Shown: positions 50,879-61,397, numbered from the stretch's first letter. The stretch: DNA of 64,000 bases from Nitrosopumilus sp. (GCA_965218785.1 OZ244650.1:1376001-1440000), one strand, 5' to 3'. The notes: generated by a model not told the origin, from the letters alone. Translations and numbers: made by a program.

Positions 50879-51814
50879 TTATTTAAAAAACGTGATTGCC
50901 AGATAGGCGACATATCCGGCAGCCAGGCAGACTCCCATGGTACGGTTTATGATTCCAGTCTTTAAGGCAATGAGTAGTGTAAGGCTAAAGACAATCATAA
51001 TTGCATAATCAACGTACACATCAGATACAATTGCCACGCCGCCAAGTGCGGCACCAACGCCCATTATCATCAGAATGTTATAGATGTTACTTCCGATGAT
51101 GTTTCCAATGCCAATATCTGCATGTCCCTTTCGGATTGCCATGATGGACGTGATTAATTCCGGAAGGGAGGTTCCTATTGCAATTACAGTAAGCCCTATA
51201 ATTTTTTCAGACAATCCAAACTCCTTTGCCAAAATTACGGCGTTATCAACTGTCAGAATCGCACCAACATACAAAAGAACGATTCCAACCCCGATTAGTC
51301 CGATGTGTTTTAGGTATATGCTGCCTTTATCTTGTTGAACTTTCTCCCTGTTTTCCTTTCTTTGTTTCATTGCATCCCTGTAAGTATAAAATCCAAATAC
51401 GCCAAAGCCGACAAGCAGTAAAATTCCATCGTAAACAGACAGACTGCCGTCAATGGAGATTAATACAAGCAAAACAGAGACGCCCAGCATGATTGGGATT
51501 TCTTTTCGTAACACGGATTTGCTGACTAGCAGGGGCGTGATAATTGCCGCAATGCCGATTACCATCCCAACATTTGCAATGTTGCTTCCAATTACGTTTC
51601 CCAAAATGATTGCGCTGTGTTCTCCGGATGCTGCAATACTAGCAGCCAACTCAGGAGTGGAGGTGCCATATGCCACGATAGTCATTCCGATGACAAGATT
51701 GCTTATTTGGAATTTTCTTGCAATGGCAACGCTGCCACTGACTAACCAGTTCCCACCAAAACACAGCAGGGCCAATCCGACCACGGTCAATACCGCACTT
51801 ACTAAAACCTCCAC
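50879..51814 (-). CDS. Calcium/sodium antiporter (YrbG-like)
   Basis: Two GTS.PEL...GN.IGSN repeats. Confidence 0.92.
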   Translation of the reverse strand: MEVLVSAVLTVVGLALLCFGGNWLVSGSVAIARKFQISNLVIGMTIVAYGTSTPELAASIAASGEHSAIILGNVIGSNIANVGMVIGIAAIITPLLVSKSVLRKEIPIMLGVSVLLVLISIDGSLSVYDGILLLVGFGVFGFYTYRDAMKQRKENREKVQQDKGSIYLKHIGLIGVGIVLLYVGAILTVDNAVILAKEFGLSEKIIGLTVIAIGTSLPELITSIMAIRKGHADIGIGNIIGSNIYNILMIMGVGAALGGVAIVSDVYVDYAIMIVFSLTLLIALKTGIINRTMGVCLAAGYVAYLAITFFK

Positions 51815-51970
51815 AATGAAATTTCAAGTTTCGGTTGCTTAAAGTAGATGATTCATTATAATTTCACAATTCCAATAATTGGAGTAAACCTGAATCCAGG
51901 TATCAGGCACAAAATAGATGTAAAAAAATCATCCACATGGATCAATAAAGCCCAAGTTAAAGACTAATAA

Positions 51971-52000
51971 GGTACTATACCGTACTATACAGTATGATAC
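51971..52000 (+). promoter_or_regulatory. Three 10-bp-phased direct repeats over the start of the wHTH gene
   Basis: GGTACTATAC CGTACTATAC AGTATGATAC. Confidence 0.45.
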
Positions 52001-52341
52001 GCTCAAGACTTACATACGTACCACTAGAAGTAGCCGATCAATTCGAAGATTTCATCATAAAAAGAGACGAACAGGTACTTGATGCAGTAAAAGCAAGGAC
52101 GCGTGACTATAGTACGCTGTCTTTGCTAAAGTTACTGTATCAGCTCCGAGGGAATCCCATGACATTTTCTAAATTGTACTCAAAGTCAAAGATCAGGATG
52201 AAAAAATCATTTCTGAATTATCTGCATCTGTGTGTGAATTACAATTTTATCAAAAAAGAACCGGTCGGAATAAACGTGATTTATTCGATTACAGACAAGG
52301 GACGGACCATGTTAAACCTGTTTATGCAGAAAGGTAATTAG
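51994..52341 (+). CDS. Winged-helix DNA-binding protein
   Basis: C-terminal FLNYL......FI........YSITDKGR wing motif. Confidence 0.75.
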   Translation: MIRSRLTYVPLEVADQFEDFIIKRDEQVLDAVKARTRDYSTLSLLKLLYQLRGNPMTFSKLYSKSKIRMKKSFLNYLHLCVNYNFIKKEPVGINVIYSITDKGRTMLNLFMQKGN

Positions 52342-52363
52342 ACAGAAAAAATCGACGTAAACA

Positions 52364-53089
52364 ATGCAAAAAGAGTTTCCAGAGGCTGAGATCTTTGAGA
52401 CAAAAAAAACCGAATTGAAGAATCCTATAATCTTTGCCGGTTTTGTAGGAGCCGGTCTCGTAGGTCCTGTTGCAATTAACCACATTATTGAAAAGCTAGA
52501 GATGGAAGAGATTGGTGTGATGAGATCAAGATATCTTCCCCCATCCACAGTCTTCATGAGAGGCAGACTGCGTCACCCATTTAGATTCTATGCAAATCAG
52601 GAAGGGACGATATGTGCAATAATCTGCGAGATAACGCTAAAGATGGAAGGGCTGTATTGTTTGGTATCATCGATTTTAGATTGGGCAGAGCAAAAGGGAT
52701 CCAAAGAGATCGTCATTTTAGACGGGGTTGCCAGTACCGAACACGATGACAAAGCATACTGTGCCGCAGAAGAGGATTTGATAAGAACCATGGCAGACAA
52801 GGACATCAGCATGATTCCACAGGGATTTATCACGGGAATTCCAGGAGGCATACTAAACGAATGCCTGGTAAGGGAGATTCAAGGGCTTACTCTGCTGGCA
52901 AAGGCAAACCAGGGTGGGCCGGACTCGGCAGCAGCTGCAACCCTGATTGAGGCACTAAATAGATTCTATGAGATGAATATAGACACGGCAGAGCTTCAGG
53001 AAAACAAGGAAAAGATCAACTCGGAGTTTAGCGAATTATCCCAAAAATATACAGCGCATCGAGAAGAGACATCCGGGATGTACATGTGA
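52364..53089 (+). CDS. Proteasome assembly chaperone (PAC2) family protein
   Basis: GFVGAGLVG.A, PFRFY, G.ITGIPGGIL, PDS.AAA motifs. Confidence 0.88.
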   Translation: MQKEFPEAEIFETKKTELKNPIIFAGFVGAGLVGPVAINHIIEKLEMEEIGVMRSRYLPPSTVFMRGRLRHPFRFYANQEGTICAIICEITLKMEGLYCLVSSILDWAEQKGSKEIVILDGVASTEHDDKAYCAAEEDLIRTMADKDISMIPQGFITGIPGGILNECLVREIQGLTLLAKANQGGPDSAAAATLIEALNRFYEMNIDTAELQENKEKINSEFSELSQKYTAHREETSGMYM

Positions 53090-53138
53090 TCCAAACCGCA
53101 GGCAAATTCTTTTATTCACAGCAAGAGCGCATCAAATC

Positions 53139-54161
53139 ATGGTTCTGACCTACAAAAAAGCAGGAGTGGACATTTCTAAAATCAAACAGAGTCAGAGGGC
53201 AATTGGAAGACTGATTGCATCCACCCACAAGCCTCAGAAAAAAGCAAAGACGGCACATGGATTCGGACATTATGCCGGAATTGTGGAGATTCCAGGCGGA
53301 AAGCTTTTAGCTACACACACAGATGGCGTAGGAACCAAGGTAGTGATTGCAAACATGATGAAAAAATACAACACGATTGGGATTGACTGTGTTGCAATGA
53401 ATGTAAATGATATAATCTGTATTGGTGCAACACCCGTTTCATTTGTAGACTATATTGCCGCAAACAAAAATGATCAGCGGATATTCAAGAGGATTGTAGA
53501 GGGGCTGGTAACAGGGGCAAAGAGATCATCGATGCCGATTGTCGGAGGAGAGACTGCAATAATGCCAGATGTGATCGAGGGCAAGGGATTCGCATTTGAT
53601 CTGGCAGGAATGGTAGTAGGACTAGTGGAGAGAAAAGACGTGGTTCTCGGAGATAAAATAAGAACGGGGGATACAATTATCGGCGCAAATAGTACCGGTA
53701 TTCACTCAAACGGATATTCACTGGCACGAAAAGCACTATTAACGAAATACTCTGTCAAAGACAAAGTCAAGGGGGTCGGAACAGTTGGGGACGCACTGCT
53801 AAGACCCACTGAGATCTATGTGAATCCGGTTTTGGAGATGGTTCAAAAATGCAAAATAAACGGTCTTGCCCACATAACAGGGGGGGCATTTACCAAACTG
53901 CTGCGCCTCAAAGAAATAGGCTATCAGATAGACTCGCTTCCAAAAATCCCACCAATTATGGGGCTGGTAGAAGAGCAGGGGGTAAAACCCGAAGAGATGT
54001 ACAAGACATTCAATATGGGTGTGGGATTCTGTGTAATTGCACCAAAAAACCAAGCAGAAAAAATCAAATCAATATTCAAAAAGCACAAAATTTCAAGTCA
54101 GGAGATAGGGCAGATCATTTCAAGAAAGGGGGTTTTTGTAAACTCTAAAAAAATTGCCTAG
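53139..54161 (+). CDS. purM: Phosphoribosylformylglycinamidine cyclo-ligase
   Basis: YKKAGVD, TDGVGTK, GGETA, HSNGYSL, HITGG, TFNMG motifs. Confidence 0.96.
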   Translation: MVLTYKKAGVDISKIKQSQRAIGRLIASTHKPQKKAKTAHGFGHYAGIVEIPGGKLLATHTDGVGTKVVIANMMKKYNTIGIDCVAMNVNDIICIGATPVSFVDYIAANKNDQRIFKRIVEGLVTGAKRSSMPIVGGETAIMPDVIEGKGFAFDLAGMVVGLVERKDVVLGDKIRTGDTIIGANSTGIHSNGYSLARKALLTKYSVKDKVKGVGTVGDALLRPTEIYVNPVLEMVQKCKINGLAHITGGAFTKLLRLKEIGYQIDSLPKIPPIMGLVEEQGVKPEEMYKTFNMGVGFCVIAPKNQAEKIKSIFKKHKISSQEIGQIISRKGVFVNSKKIA

Positions 54162-54368
54162 TCACATCCTGCCGTAATTTGAAATACAAAACAACACACA
54201 GCCATAAAGCCAAATGATTTAGCTGACAATTGGGTTGAAATCGATAAAATCCGGATGGCGTGATTTATACTCGAAACATTTGGCACAAATTGTTTAATTT
54301 AACAACAACAAAATAATTTTCAACATAATATCACCTTATATTACATATTTCTATTCCAAACAGTAGAA

Positions 54369-55607
54369 ATGGCTGTAGAAGGGCAATTCATTGAAACAAT
54401 TATCGGGGTGGGTATTCTTCTCTTTGCAGCCAAATTAATGGCAGAGCTCTTCCTCAGACTAAAGCTTCCAATCGTTTTGGGAGAACTGCTGGCAGGGATG
54501 ATCGTGGGTCCGTTTGCGCTGGGGGGATTCTTTGTAGTGGATGGAAAACAGCTGCTTCAGATTAATGATGAGATAAGAATACTCGGCGAGATGGGTGCAA
54601 TCGTAATTTTATTCATGGCAGGACTTGAAATGACACCAAAAGAATTTCTCAAAGGCGGAAAGGCAGCGCTTACAGTCGGGACACTGGGGGTGGTGGTGCC
54701 GTTTTTTGCAGGTCTTGCAGTCTTCCAGATGTTCGGATTTGATGCGTTACAATCAATGCTGATTGCTACGGCGCTTACAGCAACAAGTATTGCAATCTCA
54801 ATCCAGGTGCTAAACGAGTTTGGCAAAATCAAGACTCCCGAAGCTAGGCTCATCATCGGAGCAGCCATTGTAGATGACATCCTAGCAATTGCAGTGCTGT
54901 CAGTTGTTACATCTATTGCAGGAACAGACGGAGGGGTGAACAACATAGACATTACCGAAGTTATAATTACAATTTTACAGGTATTGGGATTCTTTGCAAT
55001 AATGCTTGTTGTAGCAGTTGTAGTTATTCCAAGAATAATTACGCCAAGGTTATGGAAGGCAAAAGGCAGTGTTGAAGGAATAGCTACTGCATCGTTCTTT
55101 GGTGCAGCTGCCCTTGCGGGATCTATCGGGCTATCACCGATTGTAGGGGCGTTTGCAGTAGGAATGGCACTGTCAACTACCAAGGTCTTTGAAAAAGTGG
55201 AAAATTATGTCAGTAAGATAGGTCTGATTTTTGCACCGCTCTTCTTTGCAATCATAGGTGCACAGGTGGATTTCAGGTCAGTCGATTTGAATATTTTGAT
55301 GTTAAGCGTAATTGTCATTTCAGTTGCAATTGTAACAAAGTTGTTCGGATGCGGACTGCCTGCAATATTATTTTTGAAAAATAAGGAGCAGGGAATGAGG
55401 GTCGGAATAGGAATGATATCAAGAGGAGAAGTAGGACTCATTGTTGCAGGAGTGGGCGTTACTGCAGGAATACTTACATCTGAAGTATATTCGACAATCG
55501 TGATTATGGTGGCAGTAACGACGATCATAACACCAATCTGGTTGAAGATGGAATACAGAAAAGAACAGAAGAGGGAAAGCACTGCAGGCATGGAAAAGTC
55601 GGAATAA
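54369..55607 (+). CDS. Cation:proton antiporter (CPA2)
   Basis: ATSIAIS, AAIVDD, RGEVGL motifs; about 12 TM segments. Confidence 0.9.
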   Translation: MAVEGQFIETIIGVGILLFAAKLMAELFLRLKLPIVLGELLAGMIVGPFALGGFFVVDGKQLLQINDEIRILGEMGAIVILFMAGLEMTPKEFLKGGKAALTVGTLGVVVPFFAGLAVFQMFGFDALQSMLIATALTATSIAISIQVLNEFGKIKTPEARLIIGAAIVDDILAIAVLSVVTSIAGTDGGVNNIDITEVIITILQVLGFFAIMLVVAVVVIPRIITPRLWKAKGSVEGIATASFFGAAALAGSIGLSPIVGAFAVGMALSTTKVFEKVENYVSKIGLIFAPLFFAIIGAQVDFRSVDLNILMLSVIVISVAIVTKLFGCGLPAILFLKNKEQGMRVGIGMISRGEVGLIVAGVGVTAGILTSEVYSTIVIMVAVTTIITPIWLKMEYRKEQKRESTAGMEKSE

Positions 55608-56260
55608 ATTCTCATGCTAGCAAGTAGTGGCGGGTGCTTTCACTACTGTAAAATCAGGGGAGTTTTGCAAAATTATTCCAGTGGTTCTTTAGGATTTATG
55701 TAGTATGATTCAAGATTATTTATCCGATCATATTTTGATTATTACACAATTACAGATCTTTGTAGATCAGATTATAAAAAAGAAACAGAGGATGTTAGAC
55801 TTGAGGAACAAGCAAATTCCAGATGATGAGATACAAAAGATGAAATGATGTATCTCAGGTAGACGTTCATTCAAATGCTGTCTAGATGTCATTCAAATCC
55901 CATCATGATCGCATGGGTTAATGTTGCAATAAATCTGAGAATTGGAGATCTTGTCGCTGTGAGGGCGTTCTTGGACGGGCTTTAGCAGGCAGAGAACAAA
56001 GTATGATATGAATGGTAGTAAAAGTACTGCCCAGATTGGTATTTTGATTAAAAAAGAGGTGACAGAGGATCAGCGTGTGAATCGACGTTCGTAAGAAGAG
56101 CGTGCCACATCTGTAAAGAAAACATTACACAAAAGATCCATCAGAAAATGTTTGATAATACCAAGGCAGGTATGATCGCATTTGCAACAAATATCAAACT
56201 CAAATACGATAGGAGTAAATTCTTAAAAAGTCTTAAATCATAGAATCCTGAGTACAAGAT

Positions 56261-56743
56261 ATGTCAGTAAATACAAACAATGATTCGTTTAGAACAGAAG
56301 TACTTGCAGAGATCAAAAAAATTCAAGAAGAATTAGGCGAATTAAAAATTGTTAAAAGAAATATTGTAAAGAGATCAAATAAAAAACCAGCTAGAAAGAC
56401 TGTCAAGAGGAAATCGGCTAGAAAGACTGTCAAGAGGAAATCGGCTAGAAAGACTGTCAAGAGGAAATCGGCTAGAAAGACTGTCAAGAGGAAATCGGCT
56501 AGAAAGACTGTCAAGAGGAAATCGGCTAGAAAGACTGTCAAGAGGAAATCGGCTAGAAAGACTGTCAAGAGAAAGGCTGTCAAGAGGAAATCGGCTAGAA
56601 AGACTGTCAAGAGGAAATCGGCTAGAAAGACTGTCAAGAGGAAATCGGCTAGAAAGACTGTCAAGAGAAAGGCTGTTAGAAAACCAGTTAGAAAGACTGT
56701 CAAGAGAAAGGCTGGAAATACAGGTGTAAGAAGAAGAAGATAG
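56261..56743 (+). CDS. Histone-H1/Hc2-like Lys/Arg-rich repeat protein
   Basis: Short N-terminal coiled coil followed by ten ARKTVKRK units and one VRKTVKRK unit. Confidence 0.8.
   Translation: MSVNTNNDSFRTEVLAEIKKIQEELGELKIVKRNIVKRSNKKPARKTVKRKSARKTVKRKSARKTVKRKSARKTVKRKSARKTVKRKSARKTVKRKSARKTVKRKAVKRKSARKTVKRKSARKTVKRKSARKTVKRKAVRKPVRKTVKRKAGNTGVRRRR
56390..56712 (+). repeat. 27-bp tandem repeat array
   Basis: Unit GCTAGAAAGACTGTCAAGAGGAAATCG; mostly exact copies with one 15-bp interruption. Confidence 0.95.
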
Positions 56744-56799
56744 TCTCAAATCGAGCCAAATTATTTAACGAATTTATGTCCATGTCAATATGAGCAGAC

Positions 56800-58392
56800 A
56801 TGATAAAGTTGAATCCTGTTTTTTCAAAAGCATGTAGTGAAATCACTGAAAATCTACTGACAATTAACGAGCCCAGTAAGAAGCAGGTAAAAGACGAAAT
56901 CATAAAGATCTGTGCCAAGTATGCACTGGAAAGAATTCCCAGAAATTACGAAATTCTGTCAATGGCAAAGGAATCTGATTTCAACAAGTTAAGAAAAGTC
57001 CTGTTAAGAAAGCCAGTCAAGACGGCATCAGGAGTCGCAGTAGTGGCACTGATGCCAAAACCGTATGCCTGCCCGCACGGACGATGTACGTACTGTCCGG
57101 GAGGAATTGAGTTTAATTCCCCAAACAGCTATACAGGCAAGGAACCATCCTCGCTTAATGCCATTGAAAATGAATTTGATCCTAAATTACAAATCACATC
57201 AAAGATTGACAAACTAATTGCGTTTGGTCATGACCCATCTAAAATGGAAATTGTTATTGTAGGAGGCACCTTCCTGTTTATGCCAAGAGACTATCAAGAA
57301 AATTTTATCAAATCATGTTATGACGCCCTAAATGGAACAGATTCAAAAAATCTGCAAGAGGCAAAGTCAAACAACGAACATGCGTCAATAAGAAATGTCG
57401 GATTTACAATCGAGACAAAACCAGACTATTGTAAAAAGGAGCATGTCGATTGGATGCTAAACTATGGAATTACGAGAGTGGAGATCGGGGTGCAATCATT
57501 ACATGAAAGAGTTTATCAAATAGTCAACAGGGGTCACAACTACAACGATGTGACAGAATCATTCCAAATTTCCAAGGATGCCGGATACAAAATTGTCGCA
57601 CACATGATGCCGGGACTGCCTACTATGACGCCAGAAGAAGACATTGCTGATTTTAAGAAATTATTTTCTGATTCACAGCTGCGTCCAGACATGTTGAAGA
57701 TTTATCCATCGCTGGTAATTGAAAACACCCCGCTTTACGAGCAATACAAGCAGGGAAAATACGTTCCATATTCGGATGAAGCGATGATCAGGGTGCTAAC
57801 AGAGGCAAAAAGAAACGTCCCAAAATGGGTCAGAATCATGCGCGTGCAAAGGGAGATTTCCCCAAATGAGATCATTGCAGGACCAAAATCAGGCAATCTA
57901 AGGCAGATCGTACATGAAAATTTGGCCAGAGAGGGAATCTCATGCAAATGCATCAGATGCAGGGAGGCAGGACGCACCTCTCAGAAAAAATCAGACGGGG
58001 GGGATATCAAATTAGACAGAGTGAATTATGATTCCTCAAATGGAAGGGAGGTATTCCTGTCTTATGAGGACAGAAATGAATCAATTTACGGATTTCTGAG
58101 ATTAAGAAAGCCGAGTGTGGATGCACACAGGGACGAAGTAGGAACCGACTCTTGTATTGTAAGGGAGGTTCATGTCTATGGAAGATCACTTGGGCTCGGT
58201 GAGAAAGAAGAAAACGAGATTCAGCATTCAGGATTGGGAAAGAACCTGATGAAGGAGGCAGAAAAAATTTCCAGCGAAGAGTTTGATGCAAAGAAGATTC
58301 TAGTAATCAGCGCGATTGGCACAAGAGAGTACTACCAAAAGCTGGGGTATTCGTTATATGGGCCATACATGTCTAAAACATTGAACCGGTGA
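56800..58392 (+). CDS. elp3: tRNA uridine(34) acetyltransferase / carboxymethylation radical SAM-GNAT enzyme
   Basis: CPHGRCTYCPGG, GGTF, C-terminal QHSGLGK..ISAIGTREYY GNAT. Confidence 0.95.
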   Translation: MIKLNPVFSKACSEITENLLTINEPSKKQVKDEIIKICAKYALERIPRNYEILSMAKESDFNKLRKVLLRKPVKTASGVAVVALMPKPYACPHGRCTYCPGGIEFNSPNSYTGKEPSSLNAIENEFDPKLQITSKIDKLIAFGHDPSKMEIVIVGGTFLFMPRDYQENFIKSCYDALNGTDSKNLQEAKSNNEHASIRNVGFTIETKPDYCKKEHVDWMLNYGITRVEIGVQSLHERVYQIVNRGHNYNDVTESFQISKDAGYKIVAHMMPGLPTMTPEEDIADFKKLFSDSQLRPDMLKIYPSLVIENTPLYEQYKQGKYVPYSDEAMIRVLTEAKRNVPKWVRIMRVQREISPNEIIAGPKSGNLRQIVHENLAREGISCKCIRCREAGRTSQKKSDGGDIKLDRVNYDSSNGREVFLSYEDRNESIYGFLRLRKPSVDAHRDEVGTDSCIVREVHVYGRSLGLGEKEENEIQHSGLGKNLMKEAEKISSEEFDAKKILVISAIGTREYYQKLGYSLYGPYMSKTLNR

Positions 58393-58398
58393 GATGGG

Positions 58399-59985
58399 AT
58401 GTCAGAACAAGAGACTATTGGCAGGGGAACATGGATAGACAAGCTGGCTCATGAATTACTTGAACGTGAAAAGACTCTCGGCAGAAACCTGGATAACATA
58501 AGGGTGGAAAGCGGTCTTGGAGCATCGGGGATTCCACATATTGGAAGCCTGGGCGATGCGGTAAGAGCATACGGAGTCAAGCTGGCATTGGAGAATTTCG
58601 GTTACAAATCAGAGCTGATTGCATACTCTGATGATCTTGACGGGCTGAGAAAAATTCCCGAGGGGTTTCCAGATTCGCTAGAAGAGCACCTGGCAAAACC
58701 AGTTACGCTGATTCCGGATCCGTATGGATGTCACGACTCGTATGGCATGCACATGAGCAGCATTCTTTTGGACGGACTTGACAGGGTGGGAATAAAGTAC
58801 GAGTTCAGAAGGGCAATTGATACCTACAAGCAGGGACTGCTAACTGATCAGATCCACACAATCCTGCAAAACAGTGCAAGAATTGGAGAAAAGATTGCCG
58901 AGTTTGTAGGACAAAAAAAATATCAAAAATACCTCCCATATTTTCCAGTCTGTGCAAATTGTAGCCGCCTATACACGGCAGAATCAACTGAATACATCTC
59001 CGATGAAAGGAAGGTAAGATACAAGTGTCATGATGTTGAGATTGGCTCAAAAAAGATCAGCGGATGTAATCACGAGGGAGAGGCAGACATCAGAAAAGAT
59101 CTTGGAAAGCTGGCATGGAAGGTAGAGTTTGCGGCAAGATGGGCGGCATTTGATATCAGATTCGAGGCGTATGGAAAGGACATCATGGATTCAGTCAAGG
59201 TAAATGATTGGGTGGCAGACGAGGTTTTAGGATACGCACACCCCCATCACGTAAAGTATGAGATGTTTCTAGACAAGGGAGGAAAAAAGATTTCAAAGTC
59301 GCTTGGAAATGTCATAACTGCGCAAAAATGGTTGGAGTTTGGCAGTCCGGAATCAATTTTGCTACTACTATACAAAAGAATCACGGGTGCACGGGAACTG
59401 GGATTTGAGGATATTCCGTCTCTAATGAACGAATACGATGAATTAGAAGACGTTTACTTTGGAAAAACCAGGATGGAGAATCAGGCAAAACTGACAAGAA
59501 CAAAAGGGCTCTACGAGTACGTAAACCTACTTGCACCGCCCAAACAGCCAGGCACGCATGTTAACTACCGGCTATTGGTTGAACTGGCAAAAATATTCAA
59601 AGAAGACAGGGGCAAAAGAATAATGAAGAAACTATCAGAATACGGAGTGCTGAAAAACCCAGAGCCGGAAATTGAAAGACTCATTGGCCTTGCAGGTAAC
59701 TTTGCAGACGAGTTTGATCAGCGTGAAAAGACACGGATTGATCTGGATGATTCTGCAAAAGGGGCATTGAAGATACTGGCCGATGCACTTGATGCAGACC
59801 AAGAGCCAGAGGACATTCAAAACACGATATACCAGATTGCAAAATCAAATGACGTGAAGCCAAAAGATTTCTTTAAAATATTATATCAGATAATACTGGG
59901 AACATCTAGAGGTCCAAAGATAGGACCCTTCATTTCAGACATCGGAAGAAAGCAGGTTGCAAAAACATTATCAGAGTACACATAA
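58399..59985 (+). CDS. lysS: Lysine--tRNA ligase (class I)
   Basis: SGIPHIGS (HIGH-like), KISKSLGN (KMSKS-like), GPKIG. Confidence 0.95.
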   Translation: MSEQETIGRGTWIDKLAHELLEREKTLGRNLDNIRVESGLGASGIPHIGSLGDAVRAYGVKLALENFGYKSELIAYSDDLDGLRKIPEGFPDSLEEHLAKPVTLIPDPYGCHDSYGMHMSSILLDGLDRVGIKYEFRRAIDTYKQGLLTDQIHTILQNSARIGEKIAEFVGQKKYQKYLPYFPVCANCSRLYTAESTEYISDERKVRYKCHDVEIGSKKISGCNHEGEADIRKDLGKLAWKVEFAARWAAFDIRFEAYGKDIMDSVKVNDWVADEVLGYAHPHHVKYEMFLDKGGKKISKSLGNVITAQKWLEFGSPESILLLLYKRITGARELGFEDIPSLMNEYDELEDVYFGKTRMENQAKLTRTKGLYEYVNLLAPPKQPGTHVNYRLLVELAKIFKEDRGKRIMKKLSEYGVLKNPEPEIERLIGLAGNFADEFDQREKTRIDLDDSAKGALKILADALDADQEPEDIQNTIYQIAKSNDVKPKDFFKILYQIILGTSRGPKIGPFISDIGRKQVAKTLSEYT

Positions 59986-59986
59986 C

Positions 59987-60187
59987 ATGGTTCACAGCGG
60001 GCATAACAGGGCAAGAAACAGCGGGGGGTTTGCCCTGATAATTTTTGGGGCGTTGCTGCTATTTCTTGCACCAAACATCTATCCAAGCATGCCTGAATTG
60101 GGCACGATTTCCCTGGTTGGAGGGGCAGTTATTGGCAGTATCGGGTTTTATTTAAAATTCATTAGGACGCGGGTTAAGGAAGAGTGA
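59987..60187 (+). CDS. Small two-TM membrane protein
   Basis: ATG immediately after the lysS stop; two hydrophobic helices. Confidence 0.65.
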   Translation: MVHSGHNRARNSGGFALIIFGALLLFLAPNIYPSMPELGTISLVGGAVIGSIGFYLKFIRTRVKEE

Positions 60188-60194
60188 GAAGATA

Positions 60195-60962
60195 ATGGGG
60201 TTTTTTACCAAGAAAAAAACTGAAGAGCAGATTTCAGAAAAAAATGAGCAGTACGTGCAAAAAGAAAAGCTTGAATCAGAGATGGATGGTATCCAGGATC
60301 AATACAGGGCAAAACAGGAGGAGCTCAACGAGATAAGGCAAAAGATCGAGATGGTAAAAGACGAATACGAGGCCACAGTCAGCAGCCTCATGCTAATCAA
60401 AAAGGAGCTCAATCAGAAAAAAATGGATCTAGATGTGTCCATACGCCAGTACAGGGAGATCAATGAAAAAATTAAAAGCTCAGAAAAGATTACAGACTCT
60501 GAATCAATCAGCGAGTTTAACAAAACCGAGGAGAACCTGCGGAGAATAAAACAAGAGTTGAAGAAGATTACAAATGAATGCAATCAAACCAAGGAACAGA
60601 TGACACAGGAGCAGGCATTACTTCGCAACATTAGAAACCAAAACGTGGAATACAAAAAAGAGCTCGAAGAGGCAACGTCCCAGCTGTACAATGCAAAAGA
60701 AGAGTTGGCAAAAAAAGACATGTTTCAGGATACGAGTGTCTTGACTGCCAAAGAAACAGAGTTCATCAAGGGCGGCGATGCAGACCAAAAATCATCTGCA
60801 GGGGTAATTGAGGCGGCAAGTGTGGTGGTAGGATCATTAAAATCAAAACTCAACATGACACAAAAAGAATTAGAGGCAGTTCAGTTACTTTTAGAGCAGG
60901 AAAGAACCGGACATGGAAAGACCAGACAGGAGCTTGACAGGCTAAAAAGGACAAAGTCATAG
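60195..60962 (+). CDS. Coiled-coil protein
   Basis: E/K/Q-rich heptad pattern throughout. Confidence 0.8.
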   Translation: MGFFTKKKTEEQISEKNEQYVQKEKLESEMDGIQDQYRAKQEELNEIRQKIEMVKDEYEATVSSLMLIKKELNQKKMDLDVSIRQYREINEKIKSSEKITDSESISEFNKTEENLRRIKQELKKITNECNQTKEQMTQEQALLRNIRNQNVEYKKELEEATSQLYNAKEELAKKDMFQDTSVLTAKETEFIKGGDADQKSSAGVIEAASVVVGSLKSKLNMTQKELEAVQLLLEQERTGHGKTRQELDRLKRTKS

Positions 60963-61397
60963 ATTTTCAAAGTGTTTCTTCCACCTTGTCTTTATCTCCT
61001 GTTCTGAGATTCCCATATCATATAACGGCGAGGTCACCTCAGAGACGTCTGAGACTCTTACTAGTACGATCGAGTTGATCGGGCTTTTGATTCCTTTTTT
61101 TCTATAGTGGTTTAGAATTTCCTCAAACAGGGAATCATCATCGACTGTTTTGGCCTCTCCTTTGAACAGATAACCCTTGCGTAAAAGGGGATCAATTACG
61201 TTAATCTCCACAAAGGAATTGGTCTGCAGATTCCTCATGGTATCAGGCGAACGAATATCTGCAAATGCCAGCATCTCAGACGTCCAGCCAATGATGGTTC
61301 CCTTTGGAGAAATATTTGGTCGGCCATCAGAGGTGACAGTGGCCACGTAACCAAGCTTTTGCAGATCCAAAAAGTCCTTTATCTGCTGAGTGATCAT
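60957..61397 (-). CDS. Pyridoxamine 5'-phosphate oxidase family (FMN/F420-binding split barrel) protein
   Basis: YVATV.SDGRPNISPKG, T.RNL..N, GY.FKG motifs. Confidence 0.88.
   Translation of the reverse strand: MITQQIKDFLDLQKLGYVATVTSDGRPNISPKGTIIGWTSEMLAFADIRSPDTMRNLQTNSFVEINVIDPLLRKGYLFKGEAKTVDDDSLFEEILNHYRKKGIKSPINSIVLVRVSDVSEVTSPLYDMGISEQEIKTRWKKHFENL

Noticed and set aside
56390-56712. Possible CRISPR array
   Set aside because: The repeats are contiguous with no unique spacers, lie in frame in a coding gene, and there are no cas genes in the window.
56323-56749. Antisense repeat ORFs (LTVFLADF / DSLSSRFP)
   Set aside because: Shadows of the tandem array on the strand opposite the basic protein.
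7038-60086. Numerous short antisense or overlapping ORFs in the track (e.g. 10327-11004, 38036-38593, 54557-55183)
   Set aside because: They lie opposite well-supported genes and have no recognisable motifs.
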